Positions 38,738 to 51,477 of a stretch of DNA of 64,000 nucleotides are shown piece by piece. Origin of the DNA: Massalongia carnosa (Eukaryota); contig OZ287067.1 of assembly GCA_965645245.1 (NCBI GenBank), positions 496,001 to 560,000 of the forward strand, given 5' to 3'. The stretch's first letter is position 1. Each line of letters starts with the position of its first letter. The notes below the pieces were generated by a model, which was not told where the DNA came from, made no database searches, and was given only the letters and a program-made list of their open reading frames with translations. The position numbers and the translations under genes are program-made.

Positions 38738-40277
38738 CTACCGGAAATCCCTACTCACTTCATTCCGATGATATTCCAGAAGAGTACGCAAATCGAGACC
38801 TATTATTTGTCCCACAAGGCAGACTTTAACATTGTGCTCTACCGGATAGCTTTTCCCTAGGTTAACCCGAGAGATAGGATCGAGTTTTTCAGTTGGGTTG
38901 ACGGGCATAACCCGAATAGATCTCTTATTGAGATATATCTCTTCTGGAAGCCGTTGTGGAGGGCTCTCGCTTGTATGGATTATCGTGTGTTCTTCCTGAC
39001 GCAGCCCCCTCTTTGCGGCCCCCCGGCCGCCGTTGGTTGAGATTGGCCTTTTTGGATTTAGTGTTTGATAGACTTTCGCAAGCACGAGGTTACGAACAAA
39101 CATTTGGAGTATCCTTGACTAGGCTTTGGTTTGACCACAACGAAACGCTGGATCTTTGCGTGAGCATTAGGGCCGCAATCGAATAGACTGCCATCGAGGT
39201 CACTATGCGTAGCATTTGAGCCGCGGGGTGTGACCCAGAATATTTTGAACACCTTTGGCGCTCAGCAAGTTTTCTGGGAATGAGAGATGAGCTTTACCGT
39301 TCCCTCAACGAAGAATGTCCGATGATTCTCGACCACTTGGAAGCCTTGAATATTGTGAGCATGCTCCAAGCTGACTGGACGGGAGGTACTGTACTTACTT
39401 GGATCTAACATCTCCCTTGTGCCCTCGGTACCTCGAATAAGCCTTGTGGAGACGTTGTCGTCCACTGTTTCATTTTCAAGATCTGCGACTCTGGATCTAT
39501 CATATACAGTCCCAGGATTACCTTGCAACAGCCATTAATGCGATTTCTCGATAGGGTATGGTGAGACATACCGTGCACTAATCGTAGCCTGGGATCGTGG
39601 CTGTTGCCAAAATGATATTGTTGAGCTCGTTCTGGGTATGACCCATATGTATTTGGACGATCTTGACCCAAGCTGTATGTTTGAGCGTCATAGCGGTTCT
39701 GCTGAGCATAAGAAAAACTCGGAACTAGTGGATTGTTCGAGCCCGCATTTATTAGTTACGTCGTGTTAGGGATTCCTGGATATCACACCTCCTGAAGGGA
39801 CTTGCGGTTCAGATATTGTGGTATATGATTCCGCTCCTAATGCGATCATGAACAAGTTCCAATTATTCCCCATTTTTTTGGGTTCTTCATTCATTACCTC
39901 CTTGCGTAGCTGGTGTTCGCCCATAGGATGCTTGATGATCCGAGTTCCGGTACGCGTTCCGCGTCTGTTGCTATCCGAAGAGACTCAACAAACTTGCTCG
40001 CATGCTTGCAGGAATACAGACACCTACAGGAGGGACTTGTGGGTCCCACACTCGAGGCTGGCTGTCTAGAATTAGCGGGCTTCGACAGTAGCTCTGGTAC
40101 TCCTAACCTTCCTTGCTGTAGATTTCCACTGGGCTCACCCTCTAATCCCAAACGCCAGGTCAGTATGCATGGATAGAACTTGAGAGGATCACTATTACGG
40201 TATGAGCTCCTCGAGTTCTGCTGGGAAGACATATCGTTCCTCGACCCTCGACGCCGCGTACTTGGTTGGAATGCCAT
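38738..40277 (-). CDS. DUF6590-type protein, copy 2 (multi-intron; 5' exons uncertain)
   Basis: EMLDPSFQVV..FFVEGTVFKIFWVTPRG..AKIQRFVVVKPKPSQGYSKCLPISTNGGRGAAKRGL..EHTIIHT..KLDPISRVNLGKSYPVEHNVKVCLVG. Its three 3' introns fall at the same positions and phases as in copy 1. Confidence 0.82.
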
Positions 40278-40880
40278 GCTACACTGTTCCACTTGCGCTT
40301 TTGTTCAGTTAATACTTTGTTCAAGACAACCTATATACGACCGTGAAGGCTTTACTATCAGGAAATATATGGATGATGCGGCTCTGCATCAAGCAGCTGT
40401 GACAACATGTAGTATGTACCACCGAATAAAATGCTTGGTCACAAATTAAAAGAAGCCTAAATGGCAGCGCTATGCATCGTCACCACTGCTTGGGCTTCCT
40501 TCAGGTTTGCGAAACTTCATCTCCCCTATAATCAACAGGTGCAGCATAGTGCCGTAGACTGCATTTCTCGTTTAAAATTGCCTCCGCTGCTTTAAAACCA
40601 GCCAATCATCTCTCTTGTCAACCAGGCTTGTTTTTTTTTGGTCTCATAGCTGAGCTAACTAACACACAAAGGCTGCTGTCACACATGTTATTTCTCATAC
40701 TCATAATAACACTCTATCGCACTATGCTCTGCATCTACCCATTCTTTACAGCCTTCCTCGATCATAATCGAGCCTCTAGGAAACCTGTTGGAACTTTGAA
40801 GGTTGACACCACGGCGCTATCAGAACTATTTGGTGAGTGTTAGCAAGATCCACCCTATTTAGGATAGGTTTCGAGAAATT

Positions 40881-42374
40881 ATGGGAGGGGACACGTGTCA
40901 TTGGACACCCACATCACATGGAAAATCCACCAGGTATAGATCGATTTCAGAACTACGAACTCCCTCGATCCAACATCCAACTTTCCGAAACTTGAAATCA
41001 GAAGCAGATCTAAATCGCAGTCACGAAGAGGTTCACCTAAAAACCACCGTACCCGACATAATCGCAAAGCCCAGACAGCATAGTTCCATGCAAGATGACA
41101 ACATAAATTTGAATACATCCGAATGTGATCATAAAGCGTTGAAAGAGGTACTGCGGAAGGTATCAAACCTACGCGAGAGATTGTATGGTATGAGACTTCA
41201 GCTGAAAGAAAAGCGTAATGAATTGCGGCAGAAGCGACTTAGCCTTGGAGAGACAGACGCAACGCTCATGAAATATGTACGTCATTTTCAGGAGCCAAGT
41301 AACTTTCGAAAATTTGCATTTGATGAGAGACTCTACACCGAATTAGAGCTGCAACGGGATGTGGTTGGTTCATTACAATATGATTATGACCAGGCTGAGG
41401 ACGAGTATGATATGGCTGAAATTGAGCTGGAGAACGAGGAGGTCAAGCTGAAACTTATGTTTTCCGATTTAGTCGGTAAAGAGTCCGATTATGAAGACCA
41501 TAGCATGAGTGCATCGCTGGGTGGTCATGAGAGACCTGAAGAAATAATGCCTCCGAACGAGGACGACGAAGCTGAGTTGCGTATAGCAGAGTTTCAATCT
41601 CGTGTTGGTGATGCCAGGATTATGCAAGAAAGGCTGCAAGATCTTTTGTCGGAGAAATGGGAGCGACGTGGCAATGTTAAGAAAATGGCAGCATTCAATT
41701 TGAAGCCAGCCATGTCCGATAGAGAATTTTCCGAAGACTTTGACTATCAATATTCCAAGATAGTTACCGAGCTAAAGATTATCGAAGCAGATGTTGAGCA
41801 ACTGAAGACGGGACTAATAGAAGCTGGTTACTGGATGCCCGAAATGAGGCCTAGAAATCGGCCGGAAGAGGGCTTGACCACTGAAAGCCATCCTCAAAAA
41901 TCTTACGACCTTTCTCCTGCTGTAGGCCAAAGACCTGTGAGCGATGGCGTTCTCAATGATCTTCAAAATAATTTTGCCGCTGCACGAGCTCGTATTAGTC
42001 GGTGGCTTCTAATCACATTTGGAAGCTCTCCAGTTGAGCATGCGCGCCATAAGGAGATAATCCGAGCTCTTGGAGACCGATCCATGGATGATAAGGAATG
42101 GGCACGCCTAGTCTTTGAGTATTGGAAGAAAGATGAGTTTGATGACGACTCTTCATGGGACGAGATTTTTCCACATGATCTTTTGGAGCCCACGCCTGAC
42201 AACAAGCTCAACCGCACAAGAAACTCAATATTACTATCCGGAAAATTAGAGGCCACAAATGCTATGAGCGATTTCCAACAACAGTTTCCTCTCTCCAAAA
42301 AAGATCATGCTACTCCTTATGCAAAGGATTTAGAAGCAGACGTGCTATCCGTGTATGAGTCACGGAGCATTTGA
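40881..42374 (+). CDS. Coiled-coil-rich hypothetical protein with a C-terminal helical motif; start uncertain
   Basis: 497-aa ORF with E/K/L heptad-like stretches and a C-terminal RISRWLL...SSPVEHARH...EWARLVFEYW motif. A possible upstream exon has a GTGAGT donor near 40833. Confidence 0.8.
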   Translation: MGGDTCHWTPTSHGKSTRYRSISELRTPSIQHPTFRNLKSEADLNRSHEEVHLKTTVPDIIAKPRQHSSMQDDNINLNTSECDHKALKEVLRKVSNLRERLYGMRLQLKEKRNELRQKRLSLGETDATLMKYVRHFQEPSNFRKFAFDERLYTELELQRDVVGSLQYDYDQAEDEYDMAEIELENEEVKLKLMFSDLVGKESDYEDHSMSASLGGHERPEEIMPPNEDDEAELRIAEFQSRVGDARIMQERLQDLLSEKWERRGNVKKMAAFNLKPAMSDREFSEDFDYQYSKIVTELKIIEADVEQLKTGLIEAGYWMPEMRPRNRPEEGLTTESHPQKSYDLSPAVGQRPVSDGVLNDLQNNFAAARARISRWLLITFGSSPVEHARHKEIIRALGDRSMDDKEWARLVFEYWKKDEFDDDSSWDEIFPHDLLEPTPDNKLNRTRNSILLSGKLEATNAMSDFQQQFPLSKKDHATPYAKDLEADVLSVYESRSI

Positions 42375-43679
42375 TTTGCTTCGGGGACGATTTGAGGTTT
42401 AATTTTCACTGGCAAATGTGCTTTCGCTTCACCTTTGGCTCCTTTTATTGGCCATACAAACTCGTGCAGCAAAAATAACCCTCGAAATGACTTGATCAAC
42501 GAATCAAGATAAGCACATATCTTATCGAGGCCGACAAGTAAGGGAGGGCCATATGTCTTTACGCCAAATTCTGGAAGCGGGGAGGGATTTGTTCTCGAGG
42601 GGACCAATCAACAAGAATCCAAGTGTTGGCTTAAAGCAGCAGCAAATGTGGCTTTCTTAGCAGTGCAGGAATTCCTGCGTATAAGCATGGGTCCGAGCCG
42701 CGCCGCTCGGGTGACAATATGCTGGGAGACCCTAGTTGCGCGCTGAAACCAATCCCATTTTTCTGCATGCACCCAACTTGGAGACTATTGCACAACATTC
42801 GGCCATAGCTACCAGTTGGTCAACTTTTAATCAGGGCTTTCATAACACTTAAAAGTACACAAAGCATATCGTGGGCAACGCGCCTAGTATTCTGATGGTT
42901 ACCGTTTAGCATTTAGATGACTTGCGCATTTACATTTTCGCAAAATATCGTCATGCCTTGCATGTCGCTGACTGCACAATTCACCCACCTACTCCGTATT
43001 GGCTGTGCGAATGTGACATGGCGTATCACAGGCATTTCTCGACCAATCGCACTGGCTGGGTTTCGCGTCACGTCCTGCAGTTTCTCCTTGCTTTGTTTGA
43101 CCACACACAAGCCTCTATTATCTACTCTTTTTGCCAGGGCCACGATGAAGCTAAGACCTGGATCAAAGAGGGCATAGAGAGCAGACTCAGGCTTCGACTA
43201 TCAATACTGCTATTCTCATAAATTGAATGGCAGCAAGTTAGTACTGCAAGGTTAAGAAGAATACATTATTCCTTTCACTACCTCGGAGTGTCACCGTTGG
43301 ATGCATGGCTTATGCACCACCAGGAAATAACGCATTAGCCAAGCCAACATTCAAGGATGCATACCAATGATTAACTTTTACATATTTGTTTTACTTATAC
43401 AGAGTAGCATATTTTCTATGCAACATTATCTCGCACGGATGGAACATAGATAGATACACAGCAGTCTAGTTCTGCCGCTTCCAATCATCGCCTGGTTCTT
43501 AAAATTGAGGCTCTGCCTAAACTTCGTAGATTGACATATTCGGGGTGTCTTATTTTATTTACCCTTTTTAGTCTTCGGCCTCTATATTTGCCATGTAGGT
43601 ATCTCAAATGCAAAATATATAATTATTCAATGAAGAGTGCATCTCCAGTCGCTTTTAAAATACTTCGAACACAATATTC

Positions 43680-44490
43680 AACATGGAACCCTCTCCTACG
43701 GCTTAGCAAACTATATGATGCTCGGTCTACTCGTGCGGACAGCAAGAAGGAAATTTCCTCTCTCAGCAATGAATTCTGACTTATTCAAGCTGTCTATGCC
43801 TTTTCTACTCTGTAACCTCTTCACATTATTCATTTACATTCATCTCCCATCTTTGCCCCTCTGGTATCACGTTATATGGATGCAGACAAGCCCCTTAAGC
43901 CTTCCTTACAATCTAGACTTATTCATCACACGTTTGAGTGTACGAGCGGCGAGTTTCATATTGTCAATCTTATAGCAAAACGCGTTGCTTAAAGAAAATT
44001 ACGATTCAACTAATTTCCCGTTCGGGTGAATGCTGTTGAAAAGTTATTTATTCATATGGTTTGGATTTTTCTAGAAATAGATTCTTCAGCATGAATTAGC
44101 TCGTGCAGATAACAATATAACCAACAAGAAATATTCATGGCACTCGCAGATCGCCGCCACTTCAGAACAACCAAATGGCGATATATGGCATGTTGAACCT
44201 ATCATCAACGAATCCTAGATTCTTTTCCTGAACTTTGTTATTTTGCGTACATTATATTCTCGATTGCTAGAACAACTCTGGGTTTCATTGATGAGTAAGA
44301 CTTCAGAAATAACGAGTTTCGTGACCCATATATACACTCTAGTTTTTGAATCGGGTAAAACCACCGTTGGCTCAAGCCAAAACGATCCACCCTATATTAC
44401 ATACTTTGAAGACTGCTATGGTCTTAGCTTTACGCTCATTTTCTTCTACCTATTAACTAGGGAATCATGAGTGGACAGGTAAGTAGCCCT
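43680..44490 (+). pseudogene. Possible highly degraded gene (helical N-terminal STAND-like segment plus ubiquitin-like domain fragment)
   Basis: Fragments LSKLYDA..ADSKKEISSLSNE and PPYITYFEDCYGLSFTL followed by a GTAAGT donor; resemblance recalled by eye only. Confidence 0.25.
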
Positions 44491-44817
44491 CGCTGCGCTT
44501 TACTTCTTGGTCCGTTTAAGTATTAGAGAATTGGCAAGGCACATCCACCGCTGTGATATGACAAAGCCTATCCTCGCAGTTCATTGGCCATCAGGCACTT
44601 AAACACGGGACAGTATCGATCTAAATTCCACCCTCCACCGTTGTCCGAGGTTGCCGTATACCATTACTCTATCCCAGCGATATACAAATCTATCTTTCTC
44701 TCTTCCCTTTTTCGCTTCCATCTCTACTCAAGTCTCTTGAGTCTCTGCGTCAATCGTGGAAATCAATATCTCGTTATACCGCTCCGCCTATGATATCAAA
44801 TTCCAGTGCGCTTTATC

Positions 44818-45382
44818 ATGCGTCTTTCAAACACCTTCGTTCTTATTACATCTATTCCTGTGATGCTTGCAAACCCTCTTCCATACGACAACAATTTTGA
44901 TCGTACCAGTTTTGAATCAAAGTATGATGCGAACAACGTCGGGACAGATCTATTCAATACTGAACCCCTGGACGAATCTTTTCCACCTGGAATTGAACAG
45001 CAGGCCGATCAAAGTTCTACCCAGCAAACAGCTAGCTTTGCGGGCGAGTCGGGTTTTACCAAATCAAAGCCAGCATTCAATCTCCAAGAAGTTCAGCACG
45101 ATAGCGGATTGGATTTAGAAGCCATTTCAATCAAAAACTATCCTAGAACCTTTGAGCCCAATTTCTACTCTAGAAAATGCCTGAATTGTGGGGTTTTCAC
45201 CAAAAGCCCATGGGTAACGTGACTGATATGTTTGTGCAGATTTTCGAGGTAGCTTACCCTTTCAAGACCGCCATTTGGCTGGATTTAAATTTTGCTGTCA
45301 GAAACCAAAGGTAGGCATCTTTACTTCTGACTGCTTACCGTGTTCCTTTGTACGCGCTGTTGACGTGGAATCCCCTCTTTGA
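44818..45382 (+). CDS. Small secreted Cys-rich protein (about 170 aa)
   Basis: Signal-peptide-like MRLSNTFVLITSIPVMLA followed by NPLPY. Inferred phase-1 intron 45188-45239 (weak GTGGGG donor, CTGAT..TGCAG). Exon 2 encodes FKFCCQKP..DCLPC; 3' structure uncertain. Confidence 0.62.
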
Positions 45383-46644
45383 CGAGCGTAGCCATCAAAA
45401 AATGCTCTGTGTTTCAAGGCATTCAGTTGGAATCGTACATGGATAGCTTGACAAATGACAAAACATGCTGTTGACGGGCCTCTGAGATCGGGTCCGAGGA
45501 GCATACCACCAATGTATGAGGTCTCGCCCTTTCGCCTTAGCTACGTTGCATTCCTGCATCGTGCGATCACCGTCTCTCCCGACCCCGTGATGACTACATA
45601 TAGCATCCGGCGAAACGTCCCTAGTGCTACATCTTACATGTATGATAAAGTGCCAAGAGTTGTTAATGTACGAGAATCCATCTCATCCTTTGAACGCAAG
45701 AACTTGAACGCGACGACACTTATATTTGCTACAAAAGGAAGGAGGCCTATAAATAAAGAACCAAATAATTATTATAACGTCAATTGTGGTTTTCTATGTA
45801 TCTATACAAATCTCACAATATTGGGAAAAGCTCAGAATACCGATTATGACAGTGGAAGCAAAAGAGCGCCAGAGTCCGGAAGGTCCACCCTCTACCCATA
45901 TCCAAATAAGTCCAGCAATTCCCGATATCACTTCAATGTATCTCGGAATACCCAACTTCAGCATCGAAAAGGCCGCTTAAGCTCGAAATCTTCCAAGGGC
46001 CTGACTCCACTCCTAGTAAGTTTGTAAGTACAGGATGCCATATTCTCTCCGGCCAGCTGTTAGCTTATGAGATCGTTGCACGACTACTATCCTGGTCTCG
46101 GCATCACAATGTTGTCACCCCCGTTGTACTTCGCCCGAATGGTGATGGTTCTTCCATGTCTGCTAGGATCCATGACCTGCGGAAGAATGGTGTTTTCGAA
46201 ATGCTTTTCTCATTAGACTTCTACGTGCGTCTTACTTTTACGTGAGCGAGCGCAGATTTTATTCAATAAGCATTACTCAGTTATAAAAGCCAAAAAGGCA
46301 ATCGCCAGTAAGTTGTACTTACTACATGTTACTAGAATAAAAAAACCACTAAGAGAATGCAAAAACTACCTGAGGTCGCATTGGGGGTTCTCTTTTTATG
46401 AGTGCGGTTTACCGTCTTTGTAATAGGGGAGTATGCTTTATAGAATTGAAGATACATACCTAACGAAAAACGAGGTTGCTTCGTCCCATCCATTGCCCAA
46501 CTCCCAAAGTTCCCTGTTAGACCTATGAGATCGTAGGCTTGTTGACTTGCAAATAGCTCGGGTCATCATGGTGCTCATTAATTACATGTAGGGAAAAAGG
46601 ATATGATAAGAATTTGAGACAAGAGCAAAAATTAGATCATAACT

Positions 46645-46748
46645 TAGTCGCACTGAGGATCGAACTCAGAACCTTCTCGGCGCATGAGAAATGCGAATTG
46701 CTCAGATTTTATGTGAACGAGAAATCATAACCATTAGACCATGCGACT
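46645..46748 (-). tRNA. tRNA-Val (anticodon CAC) with a 31-nt intron
   Basis: Acceptor stem AGTCGCA/TGCGACT, anticodon stem TCTCG/CGAGA, T-arm CTGAG-TTCGATC-CTCAG. Intron 46681-46711 follows position 37; mature length 73 nt. Confidence 0.95.
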
Positions 46749-47079
46749 TAGACATACGTTTAAAACATGATCTAATATTCATATCTAATTAAACTAAAAT
46801 ATACAAAATATTTCTTTTTCTTTCAGAATCAACATGAAGATCATGAAAAGTAAATCGCTGTGACATGACTTTCGAAACCTAAACGTTTTCAATTTCTATA
46901 AATTATTTTTACATCGACATAACTACATCGAGCAAAAAACAGGTTTGCACATGTGTCAGGATTCCTATACGGAGTACTAAGAACGATATTTCGAGTTTAT
47001 TCTTTCTTTATATCATATTGCTTCTATCTGATATCATCGCTGATTCATGATCGTGATTTAGTTTTTCTCAGTCTAGTTT

Positions 47080-47830
47080 CCTCTTGTCCCTTTCGTCAAT
47101 CTCCCCGTCCACGAAGACAAAACTGGCTCTGCCAGCACGGTCTTGACTTTGTAGTTAATTTCTGCCTTGTAGGTCCGCAATTTTGCTCTAGTTTGTCAAG
47201 CGAGAACTTTAACTCCTTGCCATCATCATGCCTTTTGCTTCTAGTCTTGATATATATAGTAGATGGACAGATCTCAGATGATAGATCTCGCAGCTTAGGC
47301 AGTAAGCATGGCTTGATGCTCTGACGATATATACTGCTGCGATAAGTATGCAAGAATGGAATAGGAGTCGTCTTTTCTCAGGCGGCTGTATTGCTCTTTA
47401 CTACCATTGACGTCTTCGAGAACAAAATAGCAGTTAGCAGATAACGACACAGTCTACGGTTCTCGACAAGCCCGGATCATTAAGATCCATCAAACTGAGC
47501 ACAAATTCCCCAACGTCGCTTTACTTCAGCCCTAGCATCTTATCCTCAATCCTCTAGTCCAGCAAGCGCGACCAAAACCACGGGAACTCTCAGTTTACCA
47601 CAAAGTTAGGTATCGGAATCGCCGTGCCTATGGGTATTCTTTTCCTCAGTATAGCAGCGTTCTTTGCCTTATGGCGCCAGCGCTAAATCAAAGCTAGCGT
47701 GCCTATCAAGCTACAGGAAGGAGCAAATGCAGAATTAAAACCTAAGCTGCAACCACATGAGGCATCGATGATAGAAGTACCATCGGAATTGAATGAATTT
47801 ACCACAACACCTGCGGAGTTAAAATGCCTG
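47080..47830 (+). pseudogene. Degenerate Mid2-like type I membrane protein (Cys-rich ectodomain, Ser/Thr stalk, TM helix)
   Basis: Fragments PQFCSS, CSDDIYCCD, KLGIGIAVPMGILFLSIAAFFALWRQR* and a tail with PSEL/PAEL motifs; stops and frameshifts present. Confidence 0.5.
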
Positions 47831-49048
47831 CTCCACCGCCGCAGCATGAATTGTCCTCATGGCTTGCTTGCGACGACGATGGAGTCATGGTTGTTCTTCA
47901 TTACACCTCTGACATTCCCGAACGGAACCGCATCGGCCATACTTCACGTGATTGTGCCTTTCACAAGAATAGGTCATTCAGTTTAGCTTTACATAACCAT
48001 TAATGAGGCCAACGCCTTTTTAGATTGAACATTCAACTTGATGACGGGAAAGTTACACACGTATACTACGGTTGAATGGTTGGTCAGATTGTCTTTCTGT
48101 CTAAGCACTTGCGCCCTCTCGGTTTACAGAGGTCACGAAGGGCAAATTAGCAATGGCGTTTGTGAAGTGGCACAGTTGCATGAGTGCAGCATGCACTCAC
48201 CTGGCAAACACCGATAGACCAGGAGTTACTGGTATTAGTTATGATTGGCCGCTGGCTTCGTTGCCAAAATAGTCTCTCGCTAGCATTGGAGGCAAGTACG
48301 ACGTATTTTTGGTCCATGGTACATCATTCACCGATAACAAACGGCTTTGCAGCTCTATTGAGGTTAAGAACAAAGTCCGGTCAGTCTGAGCTTTTATCCA
48401 AGAATTTTTGGATTTCAGCCCTTTCATACTCGCATATCTTATAGCTATTGGTCTAGTTAACTTGAGCTCAGCTCTTAATATGCAAAGTTCAGACTTGATA
48501 TATCTTCACGGTACACGAACAAACATGTTCTTCCCCAGTTATCATTTGTATATGCTTAGTGTGTGTACAAATTCATTCGCTTGATCCAGGCTGACACTTA
48601 ATCGCCATTAATATTGACTTGAAATGATACTAAGCTGAACTCGAGCTGCAAGCCTGTGGCATGGAATTGGGCAGCATGCCAGTACTCTTTTTTTTTGACA
48701 CATTGCCTTCCCCAACCTTTTTTCGATTTCGATTTTCTCACGACAACCAAGGTCGTATCATTCTCGGTTATGATGTTGGCTTGATGTTCGGACGAGGTTT
48801 CATAACCTTGAAATGGTCCGGTTGGCTGTGCCTCAAAAATCCCTATGCTTGCCTCCGCCATTGGCTGAGAAGAGTATAATACGATGCCGGAAGAAAATCA
48901 TCAGTAGCTGGATACTTGTTATTGACGATTTCTAGGCTGTTCGTAATTTTTCTCCTTCTTCCCTTAATTCACAGATTGTTCCTTATTTTTCAAAAGATAA
49001 TCCCTTTGAAAAACAAAACTCGAACCATCCTCTCACTCTATCTCTCTT

Positions 49049-49320
49049 ATGAAGTCTCCCCAAGCGTCTAGTATGCTGTTGGCAAGTTTTATACCTATTT
49101 TTGTAGCTGGCGCAAACGCTGCTTACAAAATATATTCTATATGGCCACAAGCCGTCACGGCTATGGACAAGAATCAAAAGCTTACTGATGACTTCAACTC
49201 TAGAACTGGAACGACAATGTTCACATTTAAAAAAGCGGTCTTGCTAATCATTATTGGTACACTCTCTTCAGCGGCGACGATAAGTAGTATTAGTTATGGT
49301 GGTACGAGTATCCACCGGGT
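49049..49320 (+). pseudogene. Possible remnant of a secreted protein (signal peptide plus subtilase-prodomain-like segment)
   Basis: MKSPQASSMLLASFIPIFVAGANA followed by YKIYSIWP; a second frame gives KSGLANHYWYTL. No catalytic domain was found downstream. Confidence 0.27.
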
Positions 49321-50379
49321 AATCAATATGTGAACATAGATCAAAGGAAGTACAGCCGTTAAAACTAAAAGGTCCGCTAAGTCGCACTGTCCAAAACAGA
49401 TGCAGCTTCCGCATCTTCTCTCCAGTCGCCAAACGCGGCACGCCTCTGCAGAAGAGGCCCCCCCCCCGAGTAGCAAAAATTCGCACGCGATTATCTAAAA
49501 ATCTTTTCGCAATCGGAGGGTCAAGCTTTCAAAGATCTGGATAGCTACTATAGAATGGCGACCTCAGCTATTTAGAGGTCGATGGTGAATAATTGATCAA
49601 ATCAAGGTACATTTTGGGCGTCCCGGTAGCTATTCGAGCATCTGGTTTTTTGGATGAGGAGGTTTCCAAGTTTGTCTCGTGCTTCTCTCTCCTTGAAGGG
49701 GCAATCTGTTATTCTTGTACCACCGTCTTTTCAACTCGACGTAGGGCGTTCAACGGAATTGGATATACATGTATTATGATTTGCACAGATATCCTTTCGG
49801 CAAAGTTTAGATATTCTTATGGCTCGGGTACTATTATAAGAAGAGAGGGTGAATATAGGGTAATCTGCCAGTAAAAGCTCCGCAGTGGATTCGATCACGT
49901 TATTGACGTTGTGGAGGACAAAGAGAAGGGGTTGTGAGGGTGATAGAATGTATTTCGGGAAGTGGGGCTTGAGTTTTTTCTTTCCGTTTCTTCTGGTATC
50001 TGGATTGGATCCGAAGGAAGAGGGGGGTGAATGGGATTGTTGGGGAGATGTATTTGGCCGGAGGAAAATCTTCTTAGCCCATGGAAGGAAATTTGGGGGA
50101 GATAAGCAAATCGGGCGTTCTGATAGGTATGTACTAACTTTGTGGTAAACGTTCTATTGCCGTGTATATGCTATCCTCTCCTCGTTGGTTCGCTACAACT
50201 TCACGTCTTCAGATATTAAACCACCCTTCCGCCGCCCCAGGCATAGCTGCAACATCAAGTGAACCGGCGGTTCCCTCCGGATTTAAGATTGCCTCCAGGT
50301 CGAAAGAATCCGCCGCACTATCACTGCTCTCTAGAACCTTGAGTTGCGGGTCTTTTTGCGCGTAATCTGGACTAGGAGG

Positions 50380-51071
50380 GTTGAGGGGCGCGGGTTGATA
50401 TTTGAGTTTCAAGCAGCATGAAAGAGAGCCTAGGTTTGACCCAGGGCTATAGCCTCTATTCAAGGTACGGGGTTATTTAGTAAGCGCCGGCCTAGGATGG
50501 CTAGGGAAGATTGGTTGCCCCTAGAAAGGGGAGGAGGCTGGGGGAAGAGCAGGGGAAAGCAGGGAAAGAGACGTACTCGACAAAACCATCTTGGCCGCCG
50601 GCGCACTTGTCATGGTCTTCGATCCAGTTCAAACAGATGCCGTGCGCGTACGCTTGGTAGCAGGGTTAGATTTTCGCACAGCATTGTCTGATAACGACTT
50701 CTGTTCCCCCGTGGAACTTCCTTGTCAGCGGATTTCTGTAAGTGGGAGAAGAGAAAGATTTTGTGGGCGATGTATAAGAGTGATTTCATACCGCCTTCCT
50801 AGTTCCGGACATGGCATCCGGCTCTGAAGCGTGCTGGGGCGTGGAGTCTGACTCACACTCCATGGCGCAGATTCCCACTCCGCCCTAGGAAATTGAGTCA
50901 GCATTAGGATCTGCCATTTATAATAGAGCGGGAATGAAGCATTACGAGCGCTAAACATTATTCGGGCACGTTAGGTGGAGCTAGTAAAGCGTAGGATGAT
51001 GAATCTATGGGCGATGCGTACATGAGAGGGATGGCAACAGCGAAAAAGAGGAGAGAGAGGACGCATAACAT
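50380..51071 (-). pseudogene. Multi-exon small secreted Cys-containing protein gene with premature stops
   Basis: ATG 51071 begins MLCVLSLLFFAVAIPLMYASPID. Later exons read AEWESAPWSVSQTPRPSTLQSRMPCPELG and QCCAKI*PCYQAYAHGICLNWIEDHDKCAGG, with intron-like branch/acceptor sites between them. The 3' end is approximate. Confidence 0.5.
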
Positions 51072-51477
51072 GCTGACCGAGTCTGACTAGCATCATACAG
51101 GAGCAAACAAAAACAGAGAATCTTCAGCCCAATAGGAGAAAGCGGAGCACAGCATCTTTATAGAATGCGGTAAAGGCAGGAAAGGCTTCATTAACGTTAC
51201 AGCGGGGATGCTTAGAGTACGTGGATCAAACATTTGACATTCGCTACCACGCCCAAACCTAGATCATAATCTTCCCAATTGACCAGCATATTTAGTTGTC
51301 CTAGGATTCATAGCATGCTGGACGGCCTGCTAGGTCAGAAACCTCTACGTGGTGCAGACTATCAACACCTCCTCGGAGGTGGTCAATATCTGATCATCGC
51401 CAACGCTGAAGCCCACCTCGGTGGCCGTTTGAATGATCAACGTCTCTACTGATCATTCACCACTTCGAAGGCATACA

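Noticed and set aside
45455..46027. 190-aa plus-strand ORF
   Set aside because: No motif, signal peptide or convincing coding composition.
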